64,000 bases of DNA from Auanema rhodensis (GCA_964057225.1 OZ059900.1:6448001-6512000), one strand, 5' to 3'; shown: positions 12,975 to 28,400, numbered from the stretch's first letter. Notes: generated from the letters alone by a model not told the origin. Made by a program: numbers and translations.

Positions 12975-15370
12975 CTACTTGTCTTTCTTAGTTTCTTTAG
13001 CTTCCTCGGAAGATTCAGCGGGAGTGGCTTCGGTAGCGCCTTCAATAGCTTGAGGCTCAGCCTCACCGCAGGGAGCATCCAAAGAGGTTCCAAACTCATT
13101 CAAACGCTTAGGATCGACACGATAAATCCAGCGTTGATAAAGGTAGATCTAAAATATAATTGGTATCTCATCGTAATAAACCTACAAACATACCAGGAAA
13201 ATGATATCATCACGGAAACAGCCTAATCTATATAATGTAGGCATTCGAATAACGAATGCGAAGAGATCGTCGATAAAAGTATTGATAAACTTGTAGGAAA
13301 GCATTCCCCAGGGTAAGTGAGCCACAGACTTCAGCTTGTAATTGATGAAGAGCTATAAAAAAAAACTTTCTCATTTATAATATCCAAAATCTTACTTGTG
13401 GTGTCATAGTAATAAATCCAAAAGTGAGCAAGAATCCATAAAGCATGCTCAATACCCATGAATACCAACCACGTTGTTCTTCATACACAACAGAATATAT
13501 AGCGTATCCACCAAGAAGTGGGAACAGTGCCCAGCTGAGATATTTGAATGCCATCTAAATTTTAAAAATCTCATCATTATTACATTGTTAATTCGCATTG
13601 TGATACTTACATCATCATAAACCTTAGTATCACTTTCGACGTATGAGCCTTTGTCTGAGAATGAAATTCTTGGAAAAACTCCAAATATTTTATTTTCCCA
13701 ATCAATCTGTAGAAGAGATTTTAATGATGCTCAAGAATAAAAAATTCTCAACTGTAACATCGGAAACTTTTGGTATTTTCCAGCATTCAATTAGTAATCC
13801 AACTCCAACAGACATCTTCACGACAAAGTTGGTGTCGTTATCACAAATATATAAGAAAACAATCAGTGACTAAAAAAATATGTTTAGTAAATTTTTTTGT
13901 AACACTGGTAAACCTGGAATATTTTGAAAAAAACCGATCTCACGGATAAACCAACAAGATCTTTTCGTGTTCTCCAGAACTGAATATCATTTTTGAATGC
14001 CATGAATTCAAAAACAGTATGAAGTAGAGAAACTATCATAGTTATACCTGTAAATCGTAAGAGAATTGAAATCAAAATTTCGGAAAAATACCGAGAAGAG
14101 TAGGACTAGTTTCAATAAGTGCTTGCTTGATTGAGTCTTGCTCATTATCGTCATCATTTTCAAACATATCTCCGAGAACATTATTCCATTGATTTCTCAT
14201 TTGATGACTGGCATACATTTGGAATTTGAACAAACTGAGCGGAGCATATGTGATGCTAAGCGTCAACTTCTGAAAAGTAAATTTTTGCATATTAAATTAA
14301 AGTTAGTCTAATACTTCATCTGTCTTATTGATTGGCTGGTAATCAGCGCCCATGTTCCAGAAATTGTTGAAATATAGAATGGGAAAATAAAATACTCCAT
14401 GAGGATCGAACTTGACCAATTCCTTCAGTGGTGAAGGTATAGCACCTGCAATATTTGGTTTGTCATATAAATAGTCTTCAAATTTCACCATTGGTCCATT
14501 GGGTCTGATCATCTATTATATTGATCGTCAGGTTAGGATGCCAGTAGTTGAGAACTTCGAACTTCATTGTTTCCGCTTTTTTTAGATCTTCAGCACTCTG
14601 CTCACTCTGGCCTGTGAGCAAGTTTGCGGTTTTTTTGTAGTACTTTTTTTTATATTTATTCAGTTGATAGACATCCCATAAAGTCTATAACAGCTTATTT
14701 TAGTATTTGTCACTATCTACTTTTGGGTAAACCTCTCTTTTGACAAAATTCCTAGATGTTGGATCAGGGGAGTTTCCTTCTTTGACCATAAATACATGCA
14801 AATACATGGAAGCGTTTCTCATAAATGCTTCAGGGGTTTTAATAGATTTCTCGAATAGGTATGAGCCATCCTGAATGAGCAAATGAACAAATAATATTAT
14901 AATAATCCAACCTTGTTCAGCCCAGAAGTCCAATCTCCAAATTTCAATCCCTTCTCAGACCAAAAAAGCTTCTCTAAAGATTCAAAATCTTCGAACCTCG
15001 TATTCTGAATAATTATGCTTTAATTCAATACCACTCGAAAGGTTATACCGAATCATCCAAATAAAGATATAAATCAAATCCATCTCCAGGTCTATAAAGA
15101 TTTCTTGAAGCTGGAGAAACCGTGGTTGCGGCCTTATTATTGGCATTCTTGTTGCCAGGCTGTAAAACACTAAAAGTCAAATATGCCAAGAAATGTAAAC
15201 TAACAGAGAACATGGAGGTGATAAAATAGCACATCAGCATTGTAGAAAAGATAGAACGCACTCGCTCCCATCCTCCTCCCTACAATATAAAAAATTAATT
15301 GAGATTAGGAATGAAATCTTACCCCTTGATTCTCCGCGGGAGGCTGTTCTTGAACCTGCTGGTCCGTCAT
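12975..15370 (-). CDS. CLPTM1: CLPTM1 family multi-pass ER protein
   Basis: LLHTVFEFMAFKNDIQFW, VAHLPWGMLSYKFINTFIDDLFAFVIRMPTLYRLGCFRDD, YQRWIYRVDPKR; ATG 15370, TAG 12975. Confidence 0.95.
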
Positions 15371-17414
15371 TAAAATTACCTATGAAAAATAATCAATAAC
15401 ATAAAAAATTATGAACAAAAAGAAGAGGACAGTAGAGAAATAATAGAACGACCGCACAGAAGAAAAATTAAATAAAGAATGACAATATATTACCTAAAAT
15501 TAAAAAGTAACACGGAATGCGTAACTTAAAAAATACGCAATGTAATTTTTGTAAACACAGTGCAACAACAATAATGTCTTTTAGTAAGTCTCGTTGTTAA
15601 AAATTGTATTATGATAAATTTCTACTAATTATTTTGTTTTAAATATATTTTATAATATTATCAGAAAATAGGTGCAGAGTGCGAAAAATTAAAAATTATA
15701 TCACAGTTATTTTTTTCATTTGATTTCTTCTCAAACTGTCATTTTAGCTTAAACACAGAGATAATTAAAATATTATCAACGTTTTCCTAAAAAATTTACA
15801 ATTGTTTATACTGGATTCATTCAATTTATTTGAAGGAAGTTAAAGATATTTAAAATGCTTATAATGTTTTTACGAAAATGAGAAATGGACATTAAAAACT
15901 CTTTAAAAACTCTTTAATAACTGAAATAGAGCCTTAAAAATATTTTGAACTTTTTTAACGTTATTACTACTGTTCTAAACACTGTTTAGTATAGGAATAA
16001 AAAACTGTATAAAAATTGAAATATCAGCTTGCGAGATGTTATTTTGCGTACGCATCTGAAGATGTCAACTCAATCAGTGAGAAATGCATTTAAAAAATGA
16101 AATCGACATCTCTACAAAATATTGATTGAAAATATATAAAAATTATTGAAAATAAGCACTTTTTAAGACGTTTAAAATTGACTCATTTTCTTATTTTTCA
16201 AGAAAAGGGTTGTAAATGAGGTGAATCCCTGTCATCAGAAAATGAAAAACTGTCAAATTATGTTAAAAATGGTATTATAATCCCTTCTTCCTATACTAAT
16301 AAAGACGTTATCAATACGTTAGATGTGAGGTGTAAACTACTCTCATTGCATTCATTTTCGTTTACATTGACTTTTTCAACATAATAGAGTTCATTTAAAC
16401 GTTTTTCCTTTGACGGTTTGAAAGTTTTTATATGGTATGCCTAGCGAAGTTGATCTGCAATTAAACTCTTTTTAGTTTTTCTCATTATTCATTCTATTTT
16501 TCTGTGATTAGTGAATAAAAAATTTCTGGCACAAAATTAAGATTTATTTTGAATCTGAATAATATTAATATGTGGGTACATACAATGATAAGGTATATAG
16601 AATAATACAGCATAGCATATTCCAATGGCACAACATTTAGAAACAACCAGGTCCACTTAGCATATATATGTATATAGGAATGATAATCTAATGTGTGTCC
16701 ATCACACACAAACGTCATACTAGAAACTGTCGGTGATATGATACGCTAAACGGTCTATAATTTGGATCTCATGCCAATACCGACTTATGAAAAAAAAGGA
16801 AAAATATTAAAATATTAAGGGAGCAATAAAGGTATATAGGTTGTGCAAAAAGGTCAAAAGAAAAGGGAAAAACTGATAGTGATGACAGAAACTCATGAGA
16901 AGAAGAAGCAGATTTTGAATAACGTTATAGCATACTATACTTGCAAAATTATATTTATATGTATGTATACTAATTAATACCATATGTTGAAAAGGGAGAA
17001 GAAGCTATGTTTTGCTTTTTCTTATACAAAAATAATTAACTAATTAGGCAGATATATCATGAGAAGAATGGCAATAAACATTTACAAGATACTATAAAAT
17101 CGTTTAAAAGCTGAGGCGACGAGTGAACGGACATCTTTACAAGAAAATCTTTCTTCAATGTTGTGAAGAAGAGCTCTAGCTCAGATTATAATATGACTCA
17201 ATACAGTGACAGGAAGATACAAATATTTTTGTTATCTTGATGTCAGATAGCATATTTAAAATTCATCACATAATTTGCACCAAGAAAACAAAGCGAAAAT
17301 CCTGAGAGCAAAAAATGCAATACTACAATTTAGCAGATATTAGACTACTCAATGAGAAAGCTCATAAAATTTGACTCAATCGTAACATAATGACTACTGT
17401 TTTTATCATCAAGC

Positions 17415-19474
17415 CTACATAGGAAGAACCTGCAAACATATTCCATTAATATAATATTTTACAGTCTACAGAAACTCACAGTTTCAACAAAGTTCGCCAT
17501 GTTGAAGGTATATTCGCGAACTTGACCAATCCATGGTAACGCAAGAAGCTCGGCGTATTTAGGTCGTTGTAAATGATCTCTAGTGAGGCTGGGAAAATGA
17601 ATGTTGAGAATATTGCAATCTTAAATAACAATTACCATTTCTTGATAAAATCCGCACATTCCTGAGTATAACCAATATCATTCGGTAATGTAGGAGGATT
17701 TTCATAAACCACCTATCGAAAATTGTGATTACATTTCCCCAACATATAATATTTGGTTACCTGCTTTAATTGGTCAAATGGTGTTTTCCAGCCAGAATAA
17801 GGATGTTTACCAGTGCTTATTTCTAACTAAAATGGACATTAGAAATATTTTTTTTTCAACTCACCAATGTAATTCCTAAGCTCCAAACATCAGAGCGCAC
17901 GTCATATGCTTCTTTTGTTTCTCCTTGAATGCGTTCGGGAGCCATATAAGGCTTACAACCTGCTTGAATCGTCTGCAACAGAAAAAACCTTGTTTTTATT
18001 TATATATGTCCTACTACCTTGGCAATACTATTCGTTAAATTACCAGAAATTCCAAAGTCGCAAATTTTAACCTCTCCTCCTCTGCTGAGTAAAATGTTTG
18101 AAGGCTTCACATCACGGTGCATCAAATTCATACAATTTTTCATAAAATTCAGCCCTTCTACTACCTAAAGTCATAATCATTTTTATTGTTGTATTGTAAT
18201 ATCTATCTAAACAAATAATTTCCCTCGCATTCATTGATCTAAAACTGATATTGAGAGATAGGAATATATTAACTATCCTATTCTTTCAATTCCGCAAACG
18301 CATAGAGTATATATTAATCAAATGTATGTTCTCTTTCATTTGTTCTATATAAAGTGAAATAAGTTTTCATTATTAACGCAAACAATCATACGTGTGAGAT
18401 ATTGATATATATTGGAAGCCTGCTTTTTATTGTGAATATGTGATTATTTTACATTAGAATAGCTCTATACCAATAAAACACCCTACTTGTTGGTCAGATT
18501 ATAGATTAATAAAAGAATTCTTGAAAAGGCTGAGATATATCTGAACACATTTTTTTGTCATGCCCATCTCGAAGGCGACAAATCGCTTGTCGTACGACCA
18601 GCTTGTATTGGATATCTATTGTCTCACTTTTTCCGTTTCATTCACTAATTCACTCGAATGTAATGAGGCTAATTGTTAAACTAACGGCCAATCTTCCGCC
18701 AAGAAGACGAGTGTCATTCAGAAAGAAAATACAAAGAACAATAATCAAAAAGATTTTGTGTTCGTCAACAAATTGTCGCTTTTTAATTATTAAGTATTAA
18801 TATGAAGAAACTTACAGATAAAGCAACATTTCCAACAAATTGCTCAGGCATACTTGAGCCAGTATGAAAAATTTTGGGGTAAAATTTGTCAAGTGAAATG
18901 TCCATAACTTCCATACATATCCAGACATCGCCTTCACGGAACATGGCTCCATGAAAACGAACCATCTGAAAATAAATTAATCGTAACGCAATTTTTCTTT
19001 ATTTTTCCACCTGTGGGCAACTGCCACTGAGCTTACAAGCGTTCAATTCTACTAACATTTGCTTGTGCGCCTGATCATTTGCTGTTGATTTGATACGCTG
19101 AAAATAAATGCAATATACGTATTATAGTCAGTGAACTTGCTCAATACCTTGACTGCGAAAATGGCACCAGAAATGCAATCTTGCATTTTCTCTACAACGC
19201 CATATGCCCCTTTTCCTAACTGTTCTAGGGTTCTCAGATTGGTGGCATGAACTTCAATTGGCTCAGAGGTTTCAGATAACCTAGAAAAGTGAACACTGTA
19301 TAAAATATAAAAATCATAAAATCTCACTTTATACTGCATTTGTCATCTAAATTGGTTGGCTGAGGAAGCTGAGGCTCTGGCATCAGAAGTTTCTTCATCG
19401 TTGCTAAAAAGGAAGGAAATGCATGCTATAGCTCATTATTGCACTTCAAGAGCGATAAACTCACGTTTGGACAT
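17415..19474 (-). CDS. sek-1: MAP kinase kinase MKK3/6 (p38 pathway)
   Basis: [50 protein letters not shown] activation loop, [22 protein letters not shown]; near-colinear with recalled C. elegans SEK-1. Confidence 0.95.
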
Positions 19475-22382
19475 CGTTGGAAGATAAGATGATTCGAGAG
19501 ATGGAATACGGAGCAGGTCGAAACCGCTGGTTTATTCTAAAATAAATAATCTTATTAGGATACTGGAATGAGATTTGTTAAAGTCTGAGTAATGCAGATA
19601 TAGAATACTCAAAGAACTACATCTGGCTTGTAACCTAACTATAAAGCACCAGCTAGTGCAAGAATATTTAGCTTAATAAACTTGCCCTATATGAATATAA
19701 AGAAAATGCGCAATGGCAGATGGGTACGCCCCCTCTTTGGTTTTATAATACTAAATAAAGCTCTCTGGTTCTATGACTTGGCAATCGACGTAATTAGAAG
19801 GCTAGACTCCAAACTGACGTCACTTCAGTGATGTTAGAGCAAACTGCTTGATATTGCATGCTGTTCTTACTATTTTAATTTTCATAAAAGTGAAGAATTA
19901 AACAAGAGCATATAAACACAAGTTAGCAGAAGAACAAGAGCAATCATACCACAACACTTAGTCGTCAAAAAAAATTGAACTCGACAACAACTAATAGATG
20001 AAAAAAAAATTTTTTTTTTTAAAAAGGTTTGCGAAGGTACAGCTTAGCGCTGATTTCTATTCATCTTCTTTTCTGTTTTTTTTCTCATAACTTAGCAATG
20101 TTGTACGCTCTTCCAATAATCGAAAGGCGGAAATATATTTCAAACATGTTGTGAGAAATTAATATAGAACATTGAACAGTGAGAACCGTTATATTAATTC
20201 ATCATCTTCCATGTGTCAGTTAAATTAAAAAAGACAACACTGACAAATAAGGTTGATGAACTGAAGCAGCAGCTACAACAGCGATGATGCCATAGAGATG
20301 CATAGAGCATTAGTTCCATATACATGAACAAGCGCCTGAGGGACAAATCGTGGACAGAGATGAGAATTAAAATAGAGACACAAACTGAAATAAAGAAACA
20401 GATAGAGAGAGAGAGATATCATGAGACAGTGGCAGGTTTAATTTGACATGCATCGCTATTCGGCAATACTTATTGTTTGCTGAATGATGTGAATTCACGT
20501 ACGGAGCACATCTACATGTAACATCTATTCTTGTTGCGTGCATTACTGATTAGTATATAAATGAAATGTGTTAGAATACCAATTGTAGAACTTAAATGCG
20601 CTGAATGAAGAAAAACAGAAAAGGGTAACTATCGCAGGATAATCAAGAAAGTTCCTAGACAGTTTGTTTGATTTTAAAAAACGCAGTAGAGAAAAAATAA
20701 GTGGACCTATTCCATTGCGGAGCAAAAAAAAAAAGAAATGACTGAATGAGGGGAGGTGTAGATGCGCAACAAATCTCTGACATATGATGAAACCTATACT
20801 GTCTATATGTGTAATGTTTTTTCCTTTTAGCTATCTCGCCGAAAATGTTATCCTGTGACATATACAGATCTATACGATTTTCAACATACGCATCCATTTT
20901 TGGTTCAACAATAACTTCTGAATATCATCTCGACAGTTGACGAAGAGTTAGAACAAAAACATTCTTTCCATTTCAAAAGATGCCGCTAAAATCGTACAAA
21001 TTTGCACCTTTTGAAAACTAACATTCGAGCAAAAAAACCAACTGTCACATGATATCTGTATTGTATATATTGTTGCCAAATACGAAACAAATAACTTACA
21101 TAGTAAAATCAAGAAATCAAATTCACTATCATTCCAAAGGAAGCAAATATGTTTATAGAAAAAGTTCTCTGTTAGAAACAATTTCAAAAAAAGATGGAAT
21201 AATCCAATTATACGTGAAGTTTTCAATCTCTGATAACTTTCTGACTTGAATAAGTATTCGCGTCTTGTTTTTTCTCTCATACTCAAAAAAGCAACAATAT
21301 AGACCAATTAATACTCAATACGAAACTAAAGAAACGATTAAAACTTTTTTCGAGAGAAGTAATAAAAGGTCAAAATTAAATTTCGGGATCGTTGAAATTA
21401 AAGTAAAGTTTAGATGCTGCGTCTTCGAAATTCCCCCTTTCCATGCCACGTTCCAATAAGGGTGATATATGACGGCAAGGATGCAAACAAAGTTGAAAAG
21501 TTTAAACTAGCCAGACTACTTGAAAAAAATAATCAGATAGTGAAACTATGTTAAAAAATTTGTATCAAGTTACATATTGGCTGTAAAATAAATGTGTTTC
21601 CCGAACTGATGGGAAATCGTTAACTAATATTTAGACAACCATCCATTTGGAATAAAATTGCAATTATAAATAATAATATTAATCAAAGCTTCAATTTCTT
21701 ATTAAGTAACTAAAATTTTTAGAGCACATTGAAATCGCTAAAATTGGAACGCTGCTAAATTTATGTATTTCTGGAGTACAAATTTCCTATGTTTCACAAA
21801 TCTTGAACATATAGGTAAGCTTGCAATGTAGTTTGAAATTTATATTTTACTCGAAACACTTAAAAGGTGAAAATTATTGGTCTAATGACTAAGAATTCTT
21901 TATCTCGTGACTCAATCTAGCTACAAACAAATCTACTTCAAAGATAAGAAAAATTCAAAACCAGATACCTGGTTATATAAAGAATTGCAGTTGAGAGCGA
22001 CAGCTGAAGATGACAGTACTGACAGTAACATGCACTCATTAAATCAAATAATCAATATATCAACACCTAGATATGTATATATATATAAATAAATAAAAAC
22101 AGAAGAAATTAAGTGACAATTACACAGAACTATACTGAAAACACTATTTTTTTTAAAAATCACCTCTCATTGCTAATTTAGGTAACACTATTTAAGATTA
22201 TGATTAGATTTTTTAAGAACATTATTTAAGAACTTTTGATTTCTTATTGATATATGAACGTATAATTATGTAATTGTCACTTAATAGCTAAAGGTCTTAG
22301 CACTAAATATGTACAATAGGGCAACGTTAAAAACAGGTTTTCATCTACTTTTCTTTTCGAAAAAAATGAGTAAAAGACTTAC

Positions 22383-22453
22383 TTGATTATTTCGCGTGCG
22401 ATGACGTAAACATAAACAATGCGTTTTGATGATATAGTACACAAGATTGCAAG
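22383..22453 (-). other. sek-1: Candidate sek-1 5'UTR exon containing an 8-codon uORF
   Basis: TTTTCAG at 22454-22460, GTAAGT donor at 22377-22382; would splice to the TTTTAG acceptor at ~19537. Confidence 0.45.
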
Positions 22454-25400
22454 CTGAAAATGCGTTATTTTTAATTTGAACAACGAGAATAAAAGTTGAA
22501 GAGCTATTAAAAAAACGAACAACGTTTAAATGAATATATTTAATAAGAAAATGATGATATGAAAAAAATGATTTAATTGACCATTTTGATTTTTCATTGA
22601 AATAATACCTACATATTATATAGAAATTGCATAGTTAAAACAAGGCAATTAGGATAAGGTCAGCATTCATTATGAAAAATCTAATTATAATATGAAACAA
22701 ATGAAATATAAATTGTTTTGTTTTAGTTTTTTTGTAACAGCTCCTACTATTAACTTCCTTTTTTAGTTTACAAAACAAATGATAGTATCATTCAATCAAC
22801 TAATGAAACAATTATATTTTCAGCAACAAATCACAAGGTTTACCCCTGTTTGTCATTATCTTCTAATTAATAAAATAAATGAAAGCTGAGTAAAAGGAAA
22901 TTTAAGAAAAAGCATTGACTAGTTAATACACTTAACAATTATTTGAAGAGTTATTAATACATGAAACAATAATGTTGATGAGAATATATTGATGACCACT
23001 GGCTGTGTAATATGGTAGTAAGCGACGTCTAATGAGAAAAACACCTTTGTTTATATATACTGATTTTTCAAATAGCAAAGTTCATTCGTTTACACAAAAA
23101 GAGATACGCAACATTTTTATCAATGGAGCATACGTTTCCGGCAATATTTGTTGAGAATTGTAGATCAATAATATACTATATAACTATAGATTAGTAAAGA
23201 TTAGAAAGTCATGAACAACAGAAGTAAACAAACTGTTCATGAAAATCAATATTGCCTTATATACACAATTTTTTTCTTGCTTTTTTCACGTTTTATTTGC
23301 AGTCATATAAAATCAGTACGTGTCATTTTTAAAATTACGCAACGAGATATGATGCAAAAAAGTAACAAATGTAATCGTGATATTGATTGATAATTGTCGC
23401 ATTGCTTTTGTGCATCAGTTCCAAATCTTCAATGCCTCAACCCATTCGATCATGACGCATCAGTTTTGTGAAGATTTTGCATATAAATTGTTATTTTCAT
23501 TATTTTTCTATTACAAATATGAGAAAAAATATGTAATTCTGAGAACAGCTTTCAACATATTCGCAACCTTTGAATTTCAAAATTGTTCTTTCGATTATTA
23601 GATGAATATACGAGAGAGATTTCTTTTTCATAAAAATCCGAGAGCTTTAAAAATTTTTTTGCTTAATAAACAATTTATTGTATTTTTATGTACATTTTAG
23701 TACAATAAAACATTAACTTAATTTATTGTTGTGCAGTTCGGACTTATGATTATATCAAGTTTTTAAAAAATTAGTTGAAAAAAAGGTTCAAAAGATACTA
23801 TTGATGAAAAAAACTACATAATATGGGGACAGCTCAATCAAAAGAAAAAACAAAACTAGACTTAGCGATAATTGAATAAACCATTCAAACTCAATTATTC
23901 AGTATTTCTATACGTATGAAGGAAATGTAACATTTGTATTTTCGGAGACAAAGATGTTGCGATTTGCAGATTATGCTAGATTAGCATGTTTTATCATCAT
24001 ATTACATCCAGATTATATTATTATATGTTTTTTCTATTCTTATATTCCATCTCGATAGCTCATCCATAGCCAGCATTCATGTACATTTAAAGATCAAGCT
24101 AAAAAGCAATAAAAGCAATATCTTCCCTATTATTATGTTAGGGAAAAAATCAAATAGTTGTGTTATGTTGAAAAAAAATGAAAGACACAACAGAGCCGGC
24201 ATAATAGCTGAAATATTGAATTTTGAAACAACTCTTTTATTTACTTAGCCCAATGCTTTTTCCTACTAGAATGTGGGGGACCAAATGTCCATTGGTTCGC
24301 GTTGTCTGGCGTGCGACGCGGTTGCGTTGCGTATTTCCGGGACAGTTTATTGAAGATCAGCACCTACGTAGTACACCATTACTTGCTCTGTTTGAATGAT
24401 GATAAAATGATCGTATTATTGATTAATCTTAATATTATCATCTAATTCTGCTTTTTAATCTTTATCAGTATATTAGTTTTCTGGGTAATCTCGATAGCTT
24501 CTGTCATTGTCTATGAAATGTGTTTATTGTCTTTATTCCACTTCTACGTTTAATTAACTACGTTTCTACCCATTATTGTCTTCAAGAAAAAAAAAATCTT
24601 TCTATTCAAAAGTGTAAATAAATATTTGTAATTAGGATTTACGATAGTCAGACAGTTGTAATTAGCCCGTTATGTTTGCCATGAATTGCAGATCGCTTTG
24701 GCTTGTTTACATAGATTATATTTACATCAACTAATCATTTTAATGGCTAATTATAAGATTAAATGAAATCAATTAGTTGTTATTTGGCAAAGATTTATAT
24801 ATCAATTATCTTCATTTTTTCATTTGTTCCATTAATGACTCAAAATGTCGCACATTCTGTATAAGTTTTTCTCATTCTTTGAATTATCTTCACCGACATC
24901 CAGGTTTTCTTTTCAATAAAGCAATTTTTGATTTATTTCATAATTAGAATAGTTATAAATCATGTTTTTCCCTCTTTTTCAAATTTGTTTTTCAACTCCT
25001 TTCTTTATTTTATTCTTAGGCATTTCTTAAATATTTTTGTACTTTTTCAAAGTATTTTTTACCATGATATTAAGCATTCTGAGTAATGAATTTTCTCTTC
25101 TCCTTTTTGAGTCTATTGTCATTGCTATATCAGATATCGATTTCGTGCTCAACTTTTTACATTTTTTTGCTCCGAATTGTATAATTCTTGTAATCTTGGA
25201 CAACCGTTTGTCTATTTATTCGATTATTTGTTCTTGAGTTTTTTGTTCAGTCCTTTTCTACTTTTGCGTCACTTCTTTAAAAAAAATGGTGGGAATTGAA
25301 TGTGAATACAGTTATTTGTTCCATTACCTTATATGCACGTTTGTGTATATCATATTTGAATTTAGCAGACCTTCAATTCTTTTCATTTGTCCTTTTCACT

Positions 25401-28400
25401 CGTTCTTTTTCTCATATTTATTCATAACTCTTTGTAAGATTGATAAAAATGTTAGTTGAAATAGAACGTAAGAATAAAGGAGAAAGTGCCTAAGAATAGT
25501 TAGTGAAGCCAATATGTAATGGAATATCACACATCTATTCTAATATTCAAGTTGTTTGTTTTTGATGTATATAAATACATATACAATATTACATCTTTTC
25601 CGTATATGTTCAATATGCTGATAAGTAGTATTAACGTAGTCTCATGTATATATGTGCAATTTTTGTTTTGTTTCATTCTCGAGATCAAAAAAGTAAACTT
25701 AAAGTCATTGTTTCGATTTCAAAGCCTAAGATTTTGGAAAACGCATGTACAATAGTTCTGTCCAAGTTGTTTTATAATAATGTAAGCTCTTCTTCTTCTA
25801 TTTCCTTGTTTAGAAGCACTAGTTTTTTGCTCACATTTTCTCATTTCATTTATTTTTTCGAATGAAAAAGATTATATAATTATCCTGTAATTTCATATCA
25901 AATGTATTGCTCGCATTAATACACATGTAAGCCTATGTTGCCAATTTTTTTTGTCACAAAAGTCTAATGTTCTTGTTGCCATCTACTGGCCATTCTCTGT
26001 CCTTTATTCCGGTCAAAGCCTTTTTTAGTCATTTCCCTCTTTTCTTTTCTATTTTCAAATCTCTTCCAATCTCTTGCTTTTCATTCATGCGGCTCTCTTT
26101 CTCCTTTCTCATTCCTCTCTCCAACCATCATACTTCCTTCTCAAATTCATTTTCATTCTTTATTTTTTCGTTTACGAATTCTTCTACATGTGCAATTTCG
26201 GTTTCCTCTTCAGCTCACTGACTCTCAGTTTTTTCTATATTCTACCTCTTTGCTTTGGCTTCTTCTTTAGTTTTCGCTTGTGGCTATCGGTTTTTAAGTT
26301 TGGTACACGATGAACCTAAAGGCTTGCCTCAGCTAAAAAGGAAAACTGCCAAGGGGAATGAAGACTGACGCCAATGGACAGCCGTCTCCCTATATTTCTC
26401 TAGACTCATTTGGAGACTCTCTTCTGTTTTCACGCTCTTCTTTTGGATTTTCACTCTCCTCTCATTTATGCTCTCAGTTTCTCTGCATTGCACATTTCTC
26501 ACTCCTTTCTCTGCGTCTTTTAGCTTGTCTCTGTTTTTCATTCAAGTCTGCGTCTTACTCTATCTACGTACTGACTTTTCTCTTGGTCGAACTGGCCATT
26601 TGAGGGCAATAGTCGAAAAGAGCTAGCCGGATAGGTTTCTATACATCTCTCCTATTTCTTTCGCTGAGATATGCTATTTGGCAACAAGCCAAATGTGTGT
26701 CTGTGCGTAGTCTTTGCTTTTCTCTTGAGGCTTCAATGCTTTCATCGTTTACGTTTAATCATTGAAGAACAAGAAAGCTAGGCACTCACCGAATGGAAAA
26801 ATGGAGAAAGAGATTGAACATTTGGAAGAAGAGCGGTGCGATGTAAAATGTGAAAAAGAGGACTAAACGCTTAAAATAGCTGAAAAAGAGTGAGGATAAA
26901 AGTTGTTCCACCCTTAAGCGAATTATAACAAGATACTTAGACACTATGCTAAAGTGCCATAACTCACTGAATATGATAAAATATTCTTTTTTTGGTGAGC
27001 CAGCAATTTTTTCATCCCTAAAACAGCATGATTTTCGATTAATTGATCTTTCGTCTAGCTACAAGTTCATGAAATTAAATTTTGACAAATATTCTAGCGA
27101 GGAATTTTCCATTTCCATCTTCTAATTGACGGAACAAAAGTTTTAACTTTCAGGATGTTAAGGGGGATTTTATGTGTTATGCATCTTTTCTGTTATGAAT
27201 AAACGCATAGATAATCTGCGAGAGCATTAAGCTGACCTTGTTGACCTGACCTCCTGTTGCTCGCTAATAGATATATTCAACAGATATTTAACTATATGAC
27301 AGATTACACGGGTTAAAAGAAGACAGTAGAAGCAGTGCCATTGCAGATATGCATTAAAAGAACATTATGATTGGAGAGACTTACAGAAAACAGCACATTA
27401 AATGAACGAACACTGGGAGAGATAAAGACAGATATTGTATCCTTACGGCTTATTATCGGTAAACGAAAGTTGTCTACCTACACTAGCGCTATACTACACG
27501 GAGTGTCCTAGTTATGTCTATCAACTATTGCTAAGACAGTAACATCTCTGTCTCTTATTTTCTGATATTCTCTAGATTTTCTTTATCTTTATCATTCTCT
27601 TCCTTTTAAGATTTTTCTTATTTTCCCAAGTATTTTGAGATTAACTGGCTCGTTCATTCATTGTTTCACTTAGTAAGCTTGAGAAAATATCGATTTGTTT
27701 CTATTCTTCGTTTTATATCTGATTTCATTTTTCCTACTATTCCCAATATATTTACCATTTTTTTTCAATCATGTAGAATCTAATTATTCATTTGCAATCG
27801 AACGTCAATTTCCACCCAAACCACCCACCCTTTACACTTTTTTCTACAGCCTACGTGATTAATGTTTCCTGTATAACTCAGCCATTTCATTAAAACCTAT
27901 CTGAAACCATATGTAATTTCAACGAACAATTGCACTTGAATTACAAATGACATTGGACTCACAGTTCGTGCGACCATCTTAGCGTATTTTTCTTTTGTGT
28001 ACAGGTTGCCTAGCCAGTATGTGACCGCTTGTTAGAATTAAAGAACAAAAGCGAGCCAAATGTGTAGCTGATTCACGTCATTGTTTTTCCTTTAGTTAAA
28101 TTCGCATCTGGTCTATTCACAATATATTTTAACTAACAAGGCATCAGCTCGTCTTTAGACTTACATTGTAGATAATCTGTGCTCATAGCTTACTTTTTAA
28201 TTTTTATTGTGCATGAAAATCTTTTTTTTAATGTATTTCGCATTCATTTTTTCTGTTACATCATTAGAAAGACCGATTTTCGAAAAGGATTAAACTAGGC
28301 TGCTTTTCTGCCATGTATATTTTATCCTCAACACTGTATAAAACGAAAAAAAACCTTATTATTCTCAATCTTCTTATTGAGATTTTCTTTTTTTTTCCTT

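Noticed and set aside
12897-13873. + strand ORFs overlapping CLPTM1
   Set aside because: Antisense shadows of a conserved CDS
507-19474. SL2 operons among co-oriented minus-strand genes
   Set aside because: Coding gaps are ~2 kb, far above typical ~100-bp intercistronic spacing
24800-26620. K/E-rich (-) and F/S/L-rich (+) ORFs
   Set aside because: By-product of strong pyrimidine/purine strand skew; frequent stops, no consistent exon chain
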